From positions 320,001 through 384,000 of the forward strand of contig CAVZYA010000001.1 in assembly GCA_963779415.1 (NCBI GenBank): 64,000 bases of DNA, in the 5' to 3' direction. Below are positions 28,604-38,803 of the stretch, piece after piece. The translations under genes were made by a program, and so were the position numbers. Each line of letters opens with the position of its first letter. Position 1 is the stretch's first letter. The stretch comes from an uncultured Acidobacteriota bacterium (GTDB lineage: Bacteria; Acidobacteriota; Thermoanaerobaculia; UBA5066). The notes under the pieces were generated by a model. It worked only from the letters and a program-made list of their open reading frames with translations. It did no database searches and was not told the DNA's origin.

Positions 28604-29722
28604 AACGGACCGTCCGGCATCCGATCCTCGTCGCTCTCGTCCTCCTTCTCCCGGCCGCCGGCTGCTCGCGGGCGAACGGGAAGGAAGGGGCGGCCGCGCG
28701 CCCGGCCGTCGCGGTCGAGGTCGCCCCGGCCGTATCGGGCGATCTCAAGGAGTCGATCGAGGTCGTCGGGACGCTTGCCCCGAAGTTCCAGGCCGAGGTG
28801 AAGACGGAGTACAGCGGGACGGTGACCGAGGTCCTCGTCACCGAATGGGTGCGCGTCTCGAAAGGAACGATCCTCCTCCGCTTCGACGCCCGCGAGGCGG
28901 AGGCGGCCGCCGCGGCCGCACGGGCGAGCCTCCTCTCGGCCGAGGTCGGGATGAACCGGGCGCGGCGCGAGCTGGACCGGACGATGAAGCTCAAGGAGGC
29001 CGGCCTCGCCACGCCGCAGAACCTCGACGACGCGAAGACCTCCTCCGAGGCCGCCGAGGCGCAGATGGCCGCCGCGAAGGCGCAGAAGCAGATGGCGGAG
29101 ACGAAGCTCGAAAAGACGGTGATCCGGTCGCCCCTGGACGGCGTCGTCGCGAGCCGGACCGTCAACCCGGGCGACTTCATCGAGAACATGGGGTCGCCAA
29201 AGCCGATGTTCCGGATCGTCGACAACCGCCGGCTCGAGCTGACGGCGACGGTCCCCTCGTCGCGGATCTCGGGCGTACGCCTCGGACAGCCCCTCTCCTT
29301 CACGACGGACGCGGTCCCGGGCCGGACCTTCGTCGGGAAGGTCGCCTTCATCAATCCCGCGGCCGACGAGTCGAGCCGGACCGTCAAAGTCGTGGCCCTC
29401 GTCGACAACCGGGACGAGAGCGCTGAAGTCCGGTCTCTTCGCGAAAGGCGAGATCGTGACCGGCGAACGGAAGAACGTCCTCCGGGTCCCCCGGAGCGCC
29501 TTCGTGACGTGGGACCTCGCGGCCCGGTCGGCGGTCGTCTTCGTCGTGGAGGGGGAGAAGGCGGTCCGGAGGAGCGTCGAGACGGGAGCCAACGCCGGGG
29601 ACGAGGTCGAGGTGACGAAAGGCCTCTCGCCCGGCGAGAAGGTCGTGACGCGAGGCGGCTTCAATCTCTCGGACGGGGACCGGGTCACCGTCGTCTCGCC
29701 GAAGAAGGCGAATAAGGCTTAG
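28600..29722 (+). CDS. RND efflux periplasmic adaptor (MFP), with an apparent +1 frameshift near 29420
   Basis: Lipobox AAGC; lipoyl and hairpin motifs IRSPLDGVV; reading continues in another frame as LKSGLFAKGEIVTG..VTKGLSPGEKVV. Confidence 0.88.
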
Positions 29723-29727
29723 ATCCG

Positions 29728-32700
29728 ATGTTCCTCTCGAACCTCTCCATCAAGAAGCCGGTCTTCGCGACCGTCCTGATGCTCGCCCTCCTGACGCTCG
29801 GGCTCTTCTCGTACCGGCGGCTCGCCATCGAGCTGATGCCCGACGTCGAGCTGCCGATCCTGACGATCACGACGGAGTTCCCCGGCGCCTCGCCCGAGGC
29901 CGTGGAGCGCGAGCTGACGAAGAAGATCGAGGAAGCCGTGAACCCGATCTCCGGCGTGAGGCACGTCTACTCGACGTCGCGCGAGAGCCTCTCCTCGGTC
30001 ATGGTGGAGTTCCAGCTCCAGGTCCGGATCAACGAGGCCTCGCAGGAGGTCCGCGCCAAGATCAACGCGGTCCGGCGCGAGCTGCCCGAGCAGATCAAGG
30101 AGCCGGTCATCCAGAAGATGGACATCGGCGGGATGCCGGTCGTGGCGCTGGCGGTCCGCTCCGGAACATTGACGCCGCGCGATCTGACGACCCTCGTCGA
30201 CCGGAAGGTGAAGCGGCGCCTCGAGAACATTCCGGGCGTCGGGAAGGTCCGGCTCGTCGGAGCGTCCCGGCGGGAGGTGAACGTCCTCGTCGACCCGGCG
30301 CGGATCGAGGCGATGGGGCTCGGCGTCGACGAGGTGATCGCGGGCCTCGCCGCCGAGAACGTCAACACGCCGCTCGGGCGGCTGAACCGGCTGGGGAGCG
30401 AGATCCCGCTCCGGATCTCCGGGAAGCCGACGCTGGTGCCGGGCTTCGAGTCGATGGTCATCGGCCGCCGCGGCAGCCACCCGGTCACCCTCGGCGAGGT
30501 GGCGACGGTCGTGGACGGGATCGAGGAACTGCGCTCGCTCGCCCTCGTCAACGGGGTCCCCGCCGTGGCGCTCGAGGTCCTGAAGCAGTCGAAGGCGAAC
30601 ACCGTCGGCGTCGTCGACGCCGTCAAGCGCGAGGTCGACCGGCTGAAGCCGGAGCTTCCGCCCGGAACCCAGATCGAGATCGTCCGGGACGCCTCCGTGA
30701 TGATCCGCGAGTCCGTTTCCGACGTGCAGACGACGCTCGTCATCGGCGGCCTCCTGACGATCCTGATCGTCTTCTGCTTCCTCAACTCGTGGCGCTCGAC
30801 GGTCATCACGGGGCTGACGCTCCCGATCTCCGTCATCTCGTCGTTCATCGCCATGTACTTCTTCGGGATGACGCTGAACGTCATGACTCTGATGGCGCTT
30901 TCGCTCGCCATCGGTCTCCTGATCGACGACGCGATCGTCGTCCGCGAGAACATCGTCCGGCACCTCGAGCACGGCGAGGACCACATGGCCGCGGCCCGGA
31001 ACGGGACGGCCGAGATCGGCCTCGCCGTCCTCGCGACGTCCCTCTCGATCATGTCGGTCTTCGTCCCGGTCGCCTTCATGAAGGGGATCGTCGGGCGCTT
31101 CTTCTTCCAGTTCGGGATCACGGTGGCGTTCGCGGTCATGGTCTCCCTCTTCGTCTCCTTCACCCTCGACCCGATGCTCTCCTCTCGCTGGGTCGACCCG
31201 GACGTCGAGCGGAAGGGGAAGAGGCACGCCGTGGCGCGCGTCCTCGACCGGTTCAACTCCTGGTTCGACCGGACCGCGGACCGATACAAGACGCTCGTCG
31301 GCTGGGCGCTCGACCGGCGCAAGCTCGTCCTCGGCGTCGCCACGGCGGCCTTCGTCGCCGGCCTCGGCCTCTTCGCCTTCCTCGAGGCGGAGTTCTTCCC
31401 GGCGTTCGACCAGGGCGAGTTCATGGTCCGGTTCAAGACGGCGCCGGACGCCTCGATCGAGGAGACGAAAGGGCGTCTGAGCGTCGTCCTCGGCGAGCTG
31501 AAGGCGATTCCGGAGATCGAGCACACCTACGCGGCGATCGCCGCCGGCGAGTCGGACACCGTCCGGAACGCGACGGTCTACGTGAAGCTGAAGGAGACGT
31601 CGGAACGGAAAAGGAACCAGTACGCCGTGATGCGCGACGTCCGCTCCAGGCTCGCGGGAATCCCGGGGCTGATCCCCTCCGTGGAAGAGGATCCGGACAA
31701 CTTCCAGAAGCCGTTCATCGTCCTCGTCCGGGGCGAGGAGATCCCGAAGCTGAAGGAGTACGCGGCGGCCCTGAAGAAGTCTCTCTACGGCATCACGGGG
31801 ATCGTCGACCTCGAGGCGACGCTCGAGCAGGACCTTCCGGAGTACCGCCTCACCGTGGACCGCCAGCGGGCGCGGGACGCGGGCCTCGGCACCGACGCGC
31901 TCGTGAGGACCGTCGGCGCCCTCGTCGGAGGGCAGATCGTCTCGACGTACGAGGACGACGCCGGCGAAGCGGTCAACGTCCGGATCCGCCTTCCGGAAGG
32001 GCTCCGGGAAGACGTCCGCCAGGTCGGGCAGCTCCGGATCGCCGTCTCCGGCCCGTCCGGCGACGCGCTCGTGCCGATCGCCGACCTCGTCAAGGCGGAG
32101 CGGACCGTCTCTCCTTCGGAGATCAGCCGGCAGGACCTCTCCCGACAGGTCGTCCTTTCGGGGAACCTCGACCGTCTCCCTCTCGGCACGGCGGCGGAGA
32201 CGGCCCTCCGGGAGGCCGCGAAGATCCCGATGTCGCCCGGCTACCGCGTCGTCATGTCGGGCGACACGGAGATCATGGAAGAGTCGTTCGGCTACCTCGC
32301 CGAGGCGCTCGTCCTCGCCATCGTCTTCGTCTACCTGATCCTCGCGGCGCAGTTCGAGTCGTTCATCGACCCGCTCGCCATCATGCTGTCGCTCCCGCTC
32401 TCGATCGTCGGGATGGCCGGGATGCTCGTCCTGACGCGCGACACCGTCAGCATCATGTCGCTCATCGGGCTCATTCTCCTGATGGGGCTCGTCACGAAGA
32501 ACGCGATCCTCCTCGTCGACTACACGAAGGTCCTGAGACGGCGGGGAATGGACCGCCGGAGCGCGCTGATCACGGCCGGCCGGACGCGGCTCCGTCCGAT
32601 CCTGATGACGACCCTCGCGATGATCTTCGGGATGCTGCCGCTGGCCCTCGCGATCGGGCAGGGGGCGGAGATGCGGGCGCCGATGGCGCGAGCGGTCATC

Positions 32701-34140
32701 GGCGGGCTCGTCACGTCGACCCTCCTGACGCTCGTCGTCGTGCCGGTCGTCTACACCCTCCTCGACGACTTCGCCGAGTGGCTCCACAGGCGCTGGTCGA
32801 AGGCGAATGCCCTCGCCGCGGACTCGACGGGCCCCGTACCGGCTCTCCCGCCCGTCGCCAGGTCTATCGTTCTTCTGGCCCTCCTTCTCCCGTCGCTCGC
32901 CGCGCGCGCGGAGAGTCCCGTGGTCCCGATCACCCTCGACGAGGCGGTGCGGCTCGTGCAGGAGAAGAACCGGGACATCCAGAAGGCGAGGGCGTACCAG
33001 GAGTGGGTGCGCGGGAAGTACGTCGAGGAGCGCGCCGCGGCCCTCCCGAGCCTCGCGCTCCTCGGCGGCGGCGTCCGTTCCTGGGACGAGAGCTACCGGG
33101 TCATCTTCGGCGACTTCTACCCTCCGGGCCAGAACCTCGCGACCGCCGACGTGAACCTGACGCAGGCGCTCTTCACCTGGGGGCAGGTGGGCGCGGGGAT
33201 CCGGGCCGCGAAGCGAGGGATGGCCGCCGCGGACGAGCAGCTCGACTCGGCCCGGCAGGCGGCGATCCGGGACGTCACGGCCGCGTTCTACGACGTCCTT
33301 CTGGCCCGCCGGATCGAGAAGATCGCCCGCGAAAACCTCGCCCAGCGGGAGCGGCATCTTGCCGAGGCGAGAAACCGGCAGCTCCTCGGAACGGCGACCG
33401 ACTACGACGTCCTGGCGGCCGAGGTCGCCGTGGAAAACGCCCGCCCGGCGGTCATCAGGTCCGTGAACCTCGTCCTGACGGCCCGCGAGAGGCTCCGCCT
33501 CGTCCTCGCGGACGAGCGCCGCGAGCTGGACGCCGAGGGAACGCTCGACACGGAGGTCACGGACCCGCCGCCTTACGAGGACGCCCTCCGGACTGCGATC
33601 GAGCGAAGGCCCGACCTGAAGGCCCTCCGGCAGCGGGTCGAGGTCTTCCGCGAGTTCGTGAAGATCCAGGCCGCGGGGAACAAGCCGCGCCTCGACCTCC
33701 GAGCCGGTGCGGGCTGGAAGTGGCTCGATGCGAGCGGGCTGACCGGAGACGGCAAGACCTGGAACGCCGGCCTCTACATGTCGTTCCCCTTCTTCGACGG
33801 CCTCGCGACGCAGGGAAAGGTGATCGAGGCGAAGAGCGACGTCTCGACGTCGCAGATCGACCTCGCCAAGGCCGAGGACGGCGTCCGTCTCGAAGTCCGG
33901 ACGGCCGTCGACTCGGTCCGCGAGAGCGCGCTCATCGTCCGCGCGCTGACCGGAACGGTGAGCCAGGCGCGGCGGCTCCTTCAGATGTCCGAGAAGGGAT
34001 TCGAATTCGGCGTGAAGACCCGGCTGGAGGTGGACGACGCGCAGCTGGCGGTCGTCCAGGCCGAGGGGAACCTCGCGACCGCCACGCGCGATCACCTCGT
34101 GGCGTGGGTGACGCTCCGGTACGTACAGGGCCTGCTCTGA
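29728..34140 (+). CDS. RND efflux permease (AcrB-like) fused to a TolC-family outer membrane factor
   Basis: GLLIDDAIVVREN, KNAILLVD, RLRPILMT; after ~aa 1050, ITLDEAV..N..I and TolC-type repeats ending EFGVKTRLEVDDAQ. Confidence 0.9.
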   Translation: MFLSNLSIKKPVFATVLMLALLTLGLFSYRRLAIELMPDVELPILTITTEFPGASPEAVERELTKKIEEAVNPISGVRHVYSTSRESLSSVMVEFQLQVRINEASQEVRAKINAVRRELPEQIKEPVIQKMDIGGMPVVALAVRSGTLTPRDLTTLVDRKVKRRLENIPGVGKVRLVGASRREVNVLVDPARIEAMGLGVDEVIAGLAAENVNTPLGRLNRLGSEIPLRISGKPTLVPGFESMVIGRRGSHPVTLGEVATVVDGIEELRSLALVNGVPAVALEVLKQSKANTVGVVDAVKREVDRLKPELPPGTQIEIVRDASVMIRESVSDVQTTLVIGGLLTILIVFCFLNSWRSTVITGLTLPISVISSFIAMYFFGMTLNVMTLMALSLAIGLLIDDAIVVRENIVRHLEHGEDHMAAARNGTAEIGLAVLATSLSIMSVFVPVAFMKGIVGRFFFQFGITVAFAVMVSLFVSFTLDPMLSSRWVDPDVERKGKRHAVARVLDRFNSWFDRTADRYKTLVGWALDRRKLVLGVATAAFVAGLGLFAFLEAEFFPAFDQGEFMVRFKTAPDASIEETKGRLSVVLGELKAIPEIEHTYAAIAAGESDTVRNATVYVKLKETSERKRNQYAVMRDVRSRLAGIPGLIPSVEEDPDNFQKPFIVLVRGEEIPKLKEYAAALKKSLYGITGIVDLEATLEQDLPEYRLTVDRQRARDAGLGTDALVRTVGALVGGQIVSTYEDDAGEAVNVRIRLPEGLREDVRQVGQLRIAVSGPSGDALVPIADLVKAERTVSPSEISRQDLSRQVVLSGNLDRLPLGTAAETALREAAKIPMSPGYRVVMSGDTEIMEESFGYLAEALVLAIVFVYLILAAQFESFIDPLAIMLSLPLSIVGMAGMLVLTRDTVSIMSLIGLILLMGLVTKNAILLVDYTKVLRRRGMDRRSALITAGRTRLRPILMTTLAMIFGMLPLALAIGQGAEMRAPMARAVIGGLVTSTLLTLVVVPVVYTLLDDFAEWLHRRWSKANALAADSTGPVPALPPVARSIVLLALLLPSLAARAESPVVPITLDEAVRLVQEKNRDIQKARAYQEWVRGKYVEERAAALPSLALLGGGVRSWDESYRVIFGDFYPPGQNLATADVNLTQALFTWGQVGAGIRAAKRGMAAADEQLDSARQAAIRDVTAAFYDVLLARRIEKIARENLAQRERHLAEARNRQLLGTATDYDVLAAEVAVENARPAVIRSVNLVLTARERLRLVLADERRELDAEGTLDTEVTDPPPYEDALRTAIERRPDLKALRQRVEVFREFVKIQAAGNKPRLDLRAGAGWKWLDASGLTGDGKTWNAGLYMSFPFFDGLATQGKVIEAKSDVSTSQIDLAKAEDGVRLEVRTAVDSVRESALIVRALTGTVSQARRLLQMSEKGFEFGVKTRLEVDDAQLAVVQAEGNLATATRDHLVAWVTLRYVQGLL

Positions 34141-34273
34141 CCGGATCCGGGGTCTCGTGAGGGGGGTTCGCCGATGCAATTCGAGACAGGACCCGTTCGT
34201 GATTAAATGAGAAGTTACGGCGAGCGTCTCCCCCGGCCTCCCGGGGCGCCGGACACGCCGACGGACGAGCCGA

Positions 34274-35698
34274 ATGAGCGAGTCGAATTCGAAACCGGAA
34301 GAGACACCCCGGCTCGCCGACGAGACGCGGTGGTACACGGAGCACACGGCGCTTCTCATCAGCACGCTGAAGTGGTCGTTCCTGGGCGCCGCCGCCGGGC
34401 TCTGCGTCGGGTTCGGAACTCGCTTCTTTCTCTGGTGCCTCCGGGAATCCACGCTGCAGGTACGCCGGCTCGGCGACGGGTTTCTCTCTCCCTACTGGCT
34501 TCTGCCGGTGGTCTTACCGGCCTGCGTCCTGATCATCAGGCGCTTCGCCCCCGACGCCCGCGGCCATGGGACCGAGGCGGTGATCGCCGCCGTCCACCAG
34601 AGGTCCGGAAAGGTCGACTGGGCGGTCGCGCCGGTGAAGCTGCTCGCGACGATCATGACCCTCGCGTTCGGCGGCTCGGTCGGAAAGGAAGGCCCATGCG
34701 CCCAGATCGGGGCCTCCATCACGAGCCTTTTCGCCGACATCCTCCGTTTGAGGGACGAGGACCGCCGCCGCCTCGTGATCTGCGGGATCGGGGCGGGGTT
34801 CTCCGCCGTTTTCGGGACTCCCATCTCCGGGGCCCTCTTCGGCATCGAGGTCCTCTACCTCGGACGGATCGAGTACGCCGTCCTTTTCCCGTGCCTCGTT
34901 TCGGGGATCGTCGCGCACCTCGTCTGCGGCGTGACGCCGCCGGTCGCCGCCATTCACGCGAGCCTCGGGGCGTTCGGCCGGATCGAGATCGTCCTCCTCT
35001 CGATTCTCTTCGGTGCCTTTTTCGGCCTCGTCGCGCTCCTCCTGATCGAGTCGATGCGGGGCGTCGAGCGGGAGCTTCGCCGTTTCGAGCGCTATCCTTA
35101 TCTCGTTGCAGCGTGCGGTGGCCTCGGGCTCGCCGTCCTCTACCACTTCGCCGGCAGCGTCTATTCGGGACTCGGCGTCGAAACGATCGAAGGGACCCTG
35201 GCCGGAACGGCGAAGATCGCCTTCCTCGCGTTCCTTTTCAAGATCGTCGCCACGTCGGTGACCCTGGAGACCGGCGGGAGCGGAGGGATCGTCACCCCCC
35301 TCTTCTTCATCGGCGTGACGAGCGGTGCCGCGCTGGCCCGCCTGATGCACCTTCCTACGGAAATCTTCGCGGGCTTTGGTTTCGTGAGCGTCCTCGCCGC
35401 CGCCGCGAACACGCCCATCGCCGCCGCGGTGATGGGGATCGAGCTTCTCCCCTCGCCGATCGGGGTCTACGCGGCGCTCTCGGCGGGAACGGCTTTTCTC
35501 ATCGTCGGGCACCGGAGCGTCTACGCCAGCCAGAAGATCGGCCTCTCGAAGTCGGCGGGCCTGGAACTCGAGCTCGGCCAGCCTGTGGGAGAGCTTTCCC
35601 GCGGCGATCTCCACCTTCGTCCGGGGAGTCTCGCGGATCGTTTTCAGAAGTTCGGAAGCCGACGTCAAGAAAAAGAGCCTTCGAAGCGAGAGCCCTGA
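34274..35698 (+). CDS. CLC family chloride channel/antiporter
   Basis: GHGTE, GGSVGKEGP, FGTPISGALFGIE, GGIVTP. Confidence 0.92.
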   Translation: MSESNSKPEETPRLADETRWYTEHTALLISTLKWSFLGAAAGLCVGFGTRFFLWCLRESTLQVRRLGDGFLSPYWLLPVVLPACVLIIRRFAPDARGHGTEAVIAAVHQRSGKVDWAVAPVKLLATIMTLAFGGSVGKEGPCAQIGASITSLFADILRLRDEDRRRLVICGIGAGFSAVFGTPISGALFGIEVLYLGRIEYAVLFPCLVSGIVAHLVCGVTPPVAAIHASLGAFGRIEIVLLSILFGAFFGLVALLLIESMRGVERELRRFERYPYLVAACGGLGLAVLYHFAGSVYSGLGVETIEGTLAGTAKIAFLAFLFKIVATSVTLETGGSGGIVTPLFFIGVTSGAALARLMHLPTEIFAGFGFVSVLAAAANTPIAAAVMGIELLPSPIGVYAALSAGTAFLIVGHRSVYASQKIGLSKSAGLELELGQPVGELSRGDLHLRPGSLADRFQKFGSRRQEKEPSKREP

Positions 35699-35756
35699 CT
35701 TTCAGGCGCCTGCGGAAGAAGGCCCACCTGCCGGAACGCCTCTAGAATCCGTCGCC

Positions 35757-36842
35757 ATGGTCGCTCATCGCAGATCGTTTCCGGCTCTCCTCCTCGCCCT
35801 CGGACTCCTCGCGCCACTTACCGCTTTCGGATCGCCGCCGGCCGCGGCCACGCGGTGGCCGGAGACGGTCGAAGCGGGGGAGGCGACGTTCACACTCCAC
35901 CAGCTCCAGGTCGACCTCTACTCGGGCGCCGGGCTGGAAGGGCGCGCCGCCGTGACGGTTCGGCGGAAAGGGGAGAAGGAGCCGAACTACGGCGTCGTCT
36001 TCTTCCGGGCCCGGACGGCGGTCGACGGGGCGACCCTCGATCTGGAAGGGCTCGAGATCACCAAGGGGAGCTTTCCGTGGGAGCGGGACGGAGGGGCCGC
36101 GCTTCTCGCGCTCCTTCGCCCGGCCGCGCCTCATACGGCGACTCTGCCCCTCGTCTCGGTGACAGCGAGCCCGGCGGTCGCTCTCTCGGCGCGCGCCATG
36201 CCGGCGCCTCCCCCGAAGCCCCGGCCGCGCGTCTTCCCGTCGTCGGGGCCGGCGATCCTCGTCCTCGTGGACGGCGACTACGTCATCCGGCCGGTTCCCG
36301 ACTCGAAGGTCCTCCGGGTGGTCAACACCCGGTCTCTTCTCCTCCAGGATCCCGCGACGAGCCGCTTCTACCTCCCGATGGGGAGCGAGTGGCTGGTGGC
36401 CCCGGCTCCGAACGCGAAGTGGAGCGTCGCGAGGAAGGTCCCGGCCGGCTTCGACGCCGTCCGGAAAGCCGCGGCTTCCGAGGCCGGCGTGGAGACCTAC
36501 AGCCATCCGGGCGAGGCGATCACCGGCCTCCTCAGGGCCGGGAAGGCCCCCGCGGTCTTCGTCTCGACGACGCCGGCCGTGCTCGGGGGAAAAGGCGAAA
36601 AGTCCGCGTCCTCTCCTGTGCGAGAGGCCTCCGGTTCCGCTCCGGCGCGCCCCGGAGACATCTATGCGGGTCCGGATGGAAATGCTTACCGGCCGGCCGG
36701 TTCGGGGCGGTGGGAGAAGACGAACGGCCGCGACTGGTATCCGGTCGCGGTGGCGCACGGAAAGGGGATCCCGAAGGCCTCGGGACTCGACCTCGTCGGC
36801 CGCCTCGACGCCGAGCGCCGGGCGCGCGACGCCGGACGCTGA
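35757..36842 (+). CDS. Secreted hypothetical protein
   Basis: Signal peptide; PAILVLVDG..VVNT and DIYAGPDGNAYR..WEK segments; GC-rich codon usage; TAGAAT box upstream. Confidence 0.7.
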   Translation: MVAHRRSFPALLLALGLLAPLTAFGSPPAAATRWPETVEAGEATFTLHQLQVDLYSGAGLEGRAAVTVRRKGEKEPNYGVVFFRARTAVDGATLDLEGLEITKGSFPWERDGGAALLALLRPAAPHTATLPLVSVTASPAVALSARAMPAPPPKPRPRVFPSSGPAILVLVDGDYVIRPVPDSKVLRVVNTRSLLLQDPATSRFYLPMGSEWLVAPAPNAKWSVARKVPAGFDAVRKAAASEAGVETYSHPGEAITGLLRAGKAPAVFVSTTPAVLGGKGEKSASSPVREASGSAPARPGDIYAGPDGNAYRPAGSGRWEKTNGRDWYPVAVAHGKGIPKASGLDLVGRLDAERRARDAGR

Positions 36843-36912
36843 GGCCCGGTCCGGAACTCTCCGGGTTCATTTTTCGGCCATTGGGGTCAAAATAGGCGCG
36901 GAGCCAACAGTC

Positions 36913-38304
36913 GTGGAAGGGCCGAAGACGCATGACCGGTTCAACGCCGAGCGGATCCGGAAGTCCGTCGGCGTGGACGATTTCGTCCAGATCCTCGAGG
37001 CGCTCGGGGCTTCGGTGGACCGCGAGGCCCGCCACTCCACCTGCCCGGTCCACAAGGGAACGGGCCGTGACGCCGTTCACTACGAGGAGCGGGAGGGAAT
37101 CGTTCACTACCGCTGCGTCACGGGATGCGGCGGGCAGGGAGGCGACGTTCTGACTCTCGTCCAGCGCTCGCTCGGCGTCACGCTTCCGCTCGCGGCGACG
37201 TGGCTGAAGGACACGTGCGGGATCCCGAAGGAGCGCCGGAGAAAGGACCGCCGCTCGGGCTGGGCTCCTCTGGTCTCTGCCGGAGAGGCCTCCGCCGCCG
37301 CGGAGCCGGCCTCCGTCCCGCGTCCCGTCTCCGGCATCGCGGCTCTGCCGCGCAATCCGGCTCTCGAATGGGAACGCGGCCTCGCCGAGTGGCGCTCCGC
37401 GTTCGAGAGGCGCCCCATCTCGACCGGCCTGCGCTCGATCGACGAGCTTCTGGGCGGGGGCCTCCGGGAGCGGCGGGTCTTCGTTCTCGCGGGGTCACCG
37501 GGCTCGGGGCGGACCTCCCTCGCTCTCCGGATCGCGCACGCCGCCGCGTCGGCGGGCTGTCCGGTCCTCTACGTGTCGTACGAGTGCGAGGACGTGGAGC
37601 TGCGCGCACGGCTCGTCGCCTCGGTCGTCAAGACTCCTTACGGACAGATGCTCGCGCCGGAAGGGCTCCTGCAGGTGGAGCGGGAGCAGGTCGCGTCGGC
37701 GTGGAAGCGGTACGCCGAAGGCGGGCCCGGGGCGAGGATGCTCATCACGGTGCCCGGGGCGCGCGACGTCGGCGAGCCGGGGCACCCGGCGGGGTCGATG
37801 ACGTGGCTCCGGGCCGAGGCCGAGAGGCGGGGACGCGATTTCGGCCGTCCACCGCTCGTCATCGTGGACGACCTGAAGGGGGCGGTCGCCTTCTCGGAGG
37901 ACGTGGATCCCTACCACGGAGGGCTCGAGTTCGCCGCGACGCGGACGAGCCTCGCCCTCCGTCTCGTGGCGCGGAGCGCGGGGAGCCCCGTCCTGATTCT
38001 CGCGGGGATCGCGCCGAACTCGATTCTCGGACCGCACGATCCGTGGCGTCTCCCGGAGCTTCCGGACATCGAGAACGTCTCGGGGCTCGGAGCCAATGCC
38101 GACGCGGTCCTCACCCTCTGGCCGGACGGGGAGGACTGGGAGACGTTCGAAGGGAAAGGGATCGCGCGCGACGCCACGTCGCGCCGCCCGGTCGTCGTGA
38201 GGGCCGTCAAGGGGCGGCAGAACGGCTCCGGCCTCGCGCGGCTCGTCTGGTACCCCGTCGTCGGCACGTTCGAGGATGTCGCCAGAACGCCCGTGCACGC
38301 CTGA
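36913..38304 (+). CDS. CHC2 zinc-finger domain fused to a DnaB-like (RecA-fold) ATPase domain
   Basis: CPVH..YRCVTGCGGQGGDV; STGLRSIDELLGGG, GSPGSGRT, SYE, VIVDD, ADAVL, KGR. Start codon uncertain. Confidence 0.75.
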   Translation: MEGPKTHDRFNAERIRKSVGVDDFVQILEALGASVDREARHSTCPVHKGTGRDAVHYEEREGIVHYRCVTGCGGQGGDVLTLVQRSLGVTLPLAATWLKDTCGIPKERRRKDRRSGWAPLVSAGEASAAAEPASVPRPVSGIAALPRNPALEWERGLAEWRSAFERRPISTGLRSIDELLGGGLRERRVFVLAGSPGSGRTSLALRIAHAAASAGCPVLYVSYECEDVELRARLVASVVKTPYGQMLAPEGLLQVEREQVASAWKRYAEGGPGARMLITVPGARDVGEPGHPAGSMTWLRAEAERRGRDFGRPPLVIVDDLKGAVAFSEDVDPYHGGLEFAATRTSLALRLVARSAGSPVLILAGIAPNSILGPHDPWRLPELPDIENVSGLGANADAVLTLWPDGEDWETFEGKGIARDATSRRPVVVRAVKGRQNGSGLARLVWYPVVGTFEDVARTPVHA

Positions 38305-38349
38305 GGCGCCGGCCGCCGGAAGCGCCGCTTCGGTATCATCCGGCCGCCG

Positions 38350-38799
38350 ATGATTCCCGCCCCGGGGACGGCCGGCGCCGAGCCCGTCGTCCGCATCACC
38401 ACGAGCGCCCACTTCAGCGCCGCCCACCGCCTTCACAACGAGGCGCGCGACGCGGAGTGGAACCGCGCGGTCTTCGGGAAGTGCAACAACCCGTTCAGCC
38501 ACGGGCACACCTACGGGCTGGAGGTGACGGTGGAGGGACCGGTCGACCCGGAGAAGGGATGGGTCCTCGACTTCGCGGTGCTCCGGCGGATCGTCGCGGA
38601 GAAGATCGTCCGCCGGTGCGATCTGAAGAACCTCAACACGGACGTCCCGTTCCTCTCCGGCGTCAACCCGACGGCCGAGAACATCGCGGTGAGGATCTGG
38701 GAGGAGCTCAAGCGGGAGGTCGCTCCGGCGCGCCTCGCCCGGATCGTCCTTCACGAGACCGAACGAAACAAGGTCGTCTATACGGGGCCGGAATCGTGA
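38350..38799 (+). CDS. queD: 6-carboxytetrahydropterin / 6-pyruvoyl-tetrahydropterin synthase
   Basis: FSAAHRL, GKCNNPFSHGHTY, PTAENIA, LHET. Confidence 0.92.
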   Translation: MIPAPGTAGAEPVVRITTSAHFSAAHRLHNEARDAEWNRAVFGKCNNPFSHGHTYGLEVTVEGPVDPEKGWVLDFAVLRRIVAEKIVRRCDLKNLNTDVPFLSGVNPTAENIAVRIWEELKREVAPARLARIVLHETERNKVVYTGPES

Positions 38800-38803
38800 C
38801 GAC

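Noticed and set aside
29400-29440. Programmed frameshift in the MFP gene
   Set aside because: No slippery heptamer or stimulatory structure; a single extra base in a GA run fits the error pattern seen elsewhere.
34150-34220. Possible fluoride (crcB) riboswitch upstream of the CLC gene (GTGAGGGGGGTTCGCC...ATGAGAAGTTAC)
   Set aside because: Only superficial similarity: the 3' segment cannot form the pseudoknot, and the CLC has GKEGP/GGIVTP rather than the CLC-F GREGT/GEVTP signature. An Infernal search would settle it.
29719-34452. 1577-aa antisense ORF and other long shadow ORFs (5980-9789 minus, 7275-9875 plus, 30789-34160 plus)
   Set aside because: Expected stop-poor alternative frames of high-GC genes; Arg/Pro/Gly-rich with no family motifs. 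The exception is the S74-like tail at 5980-6240, reported separately.
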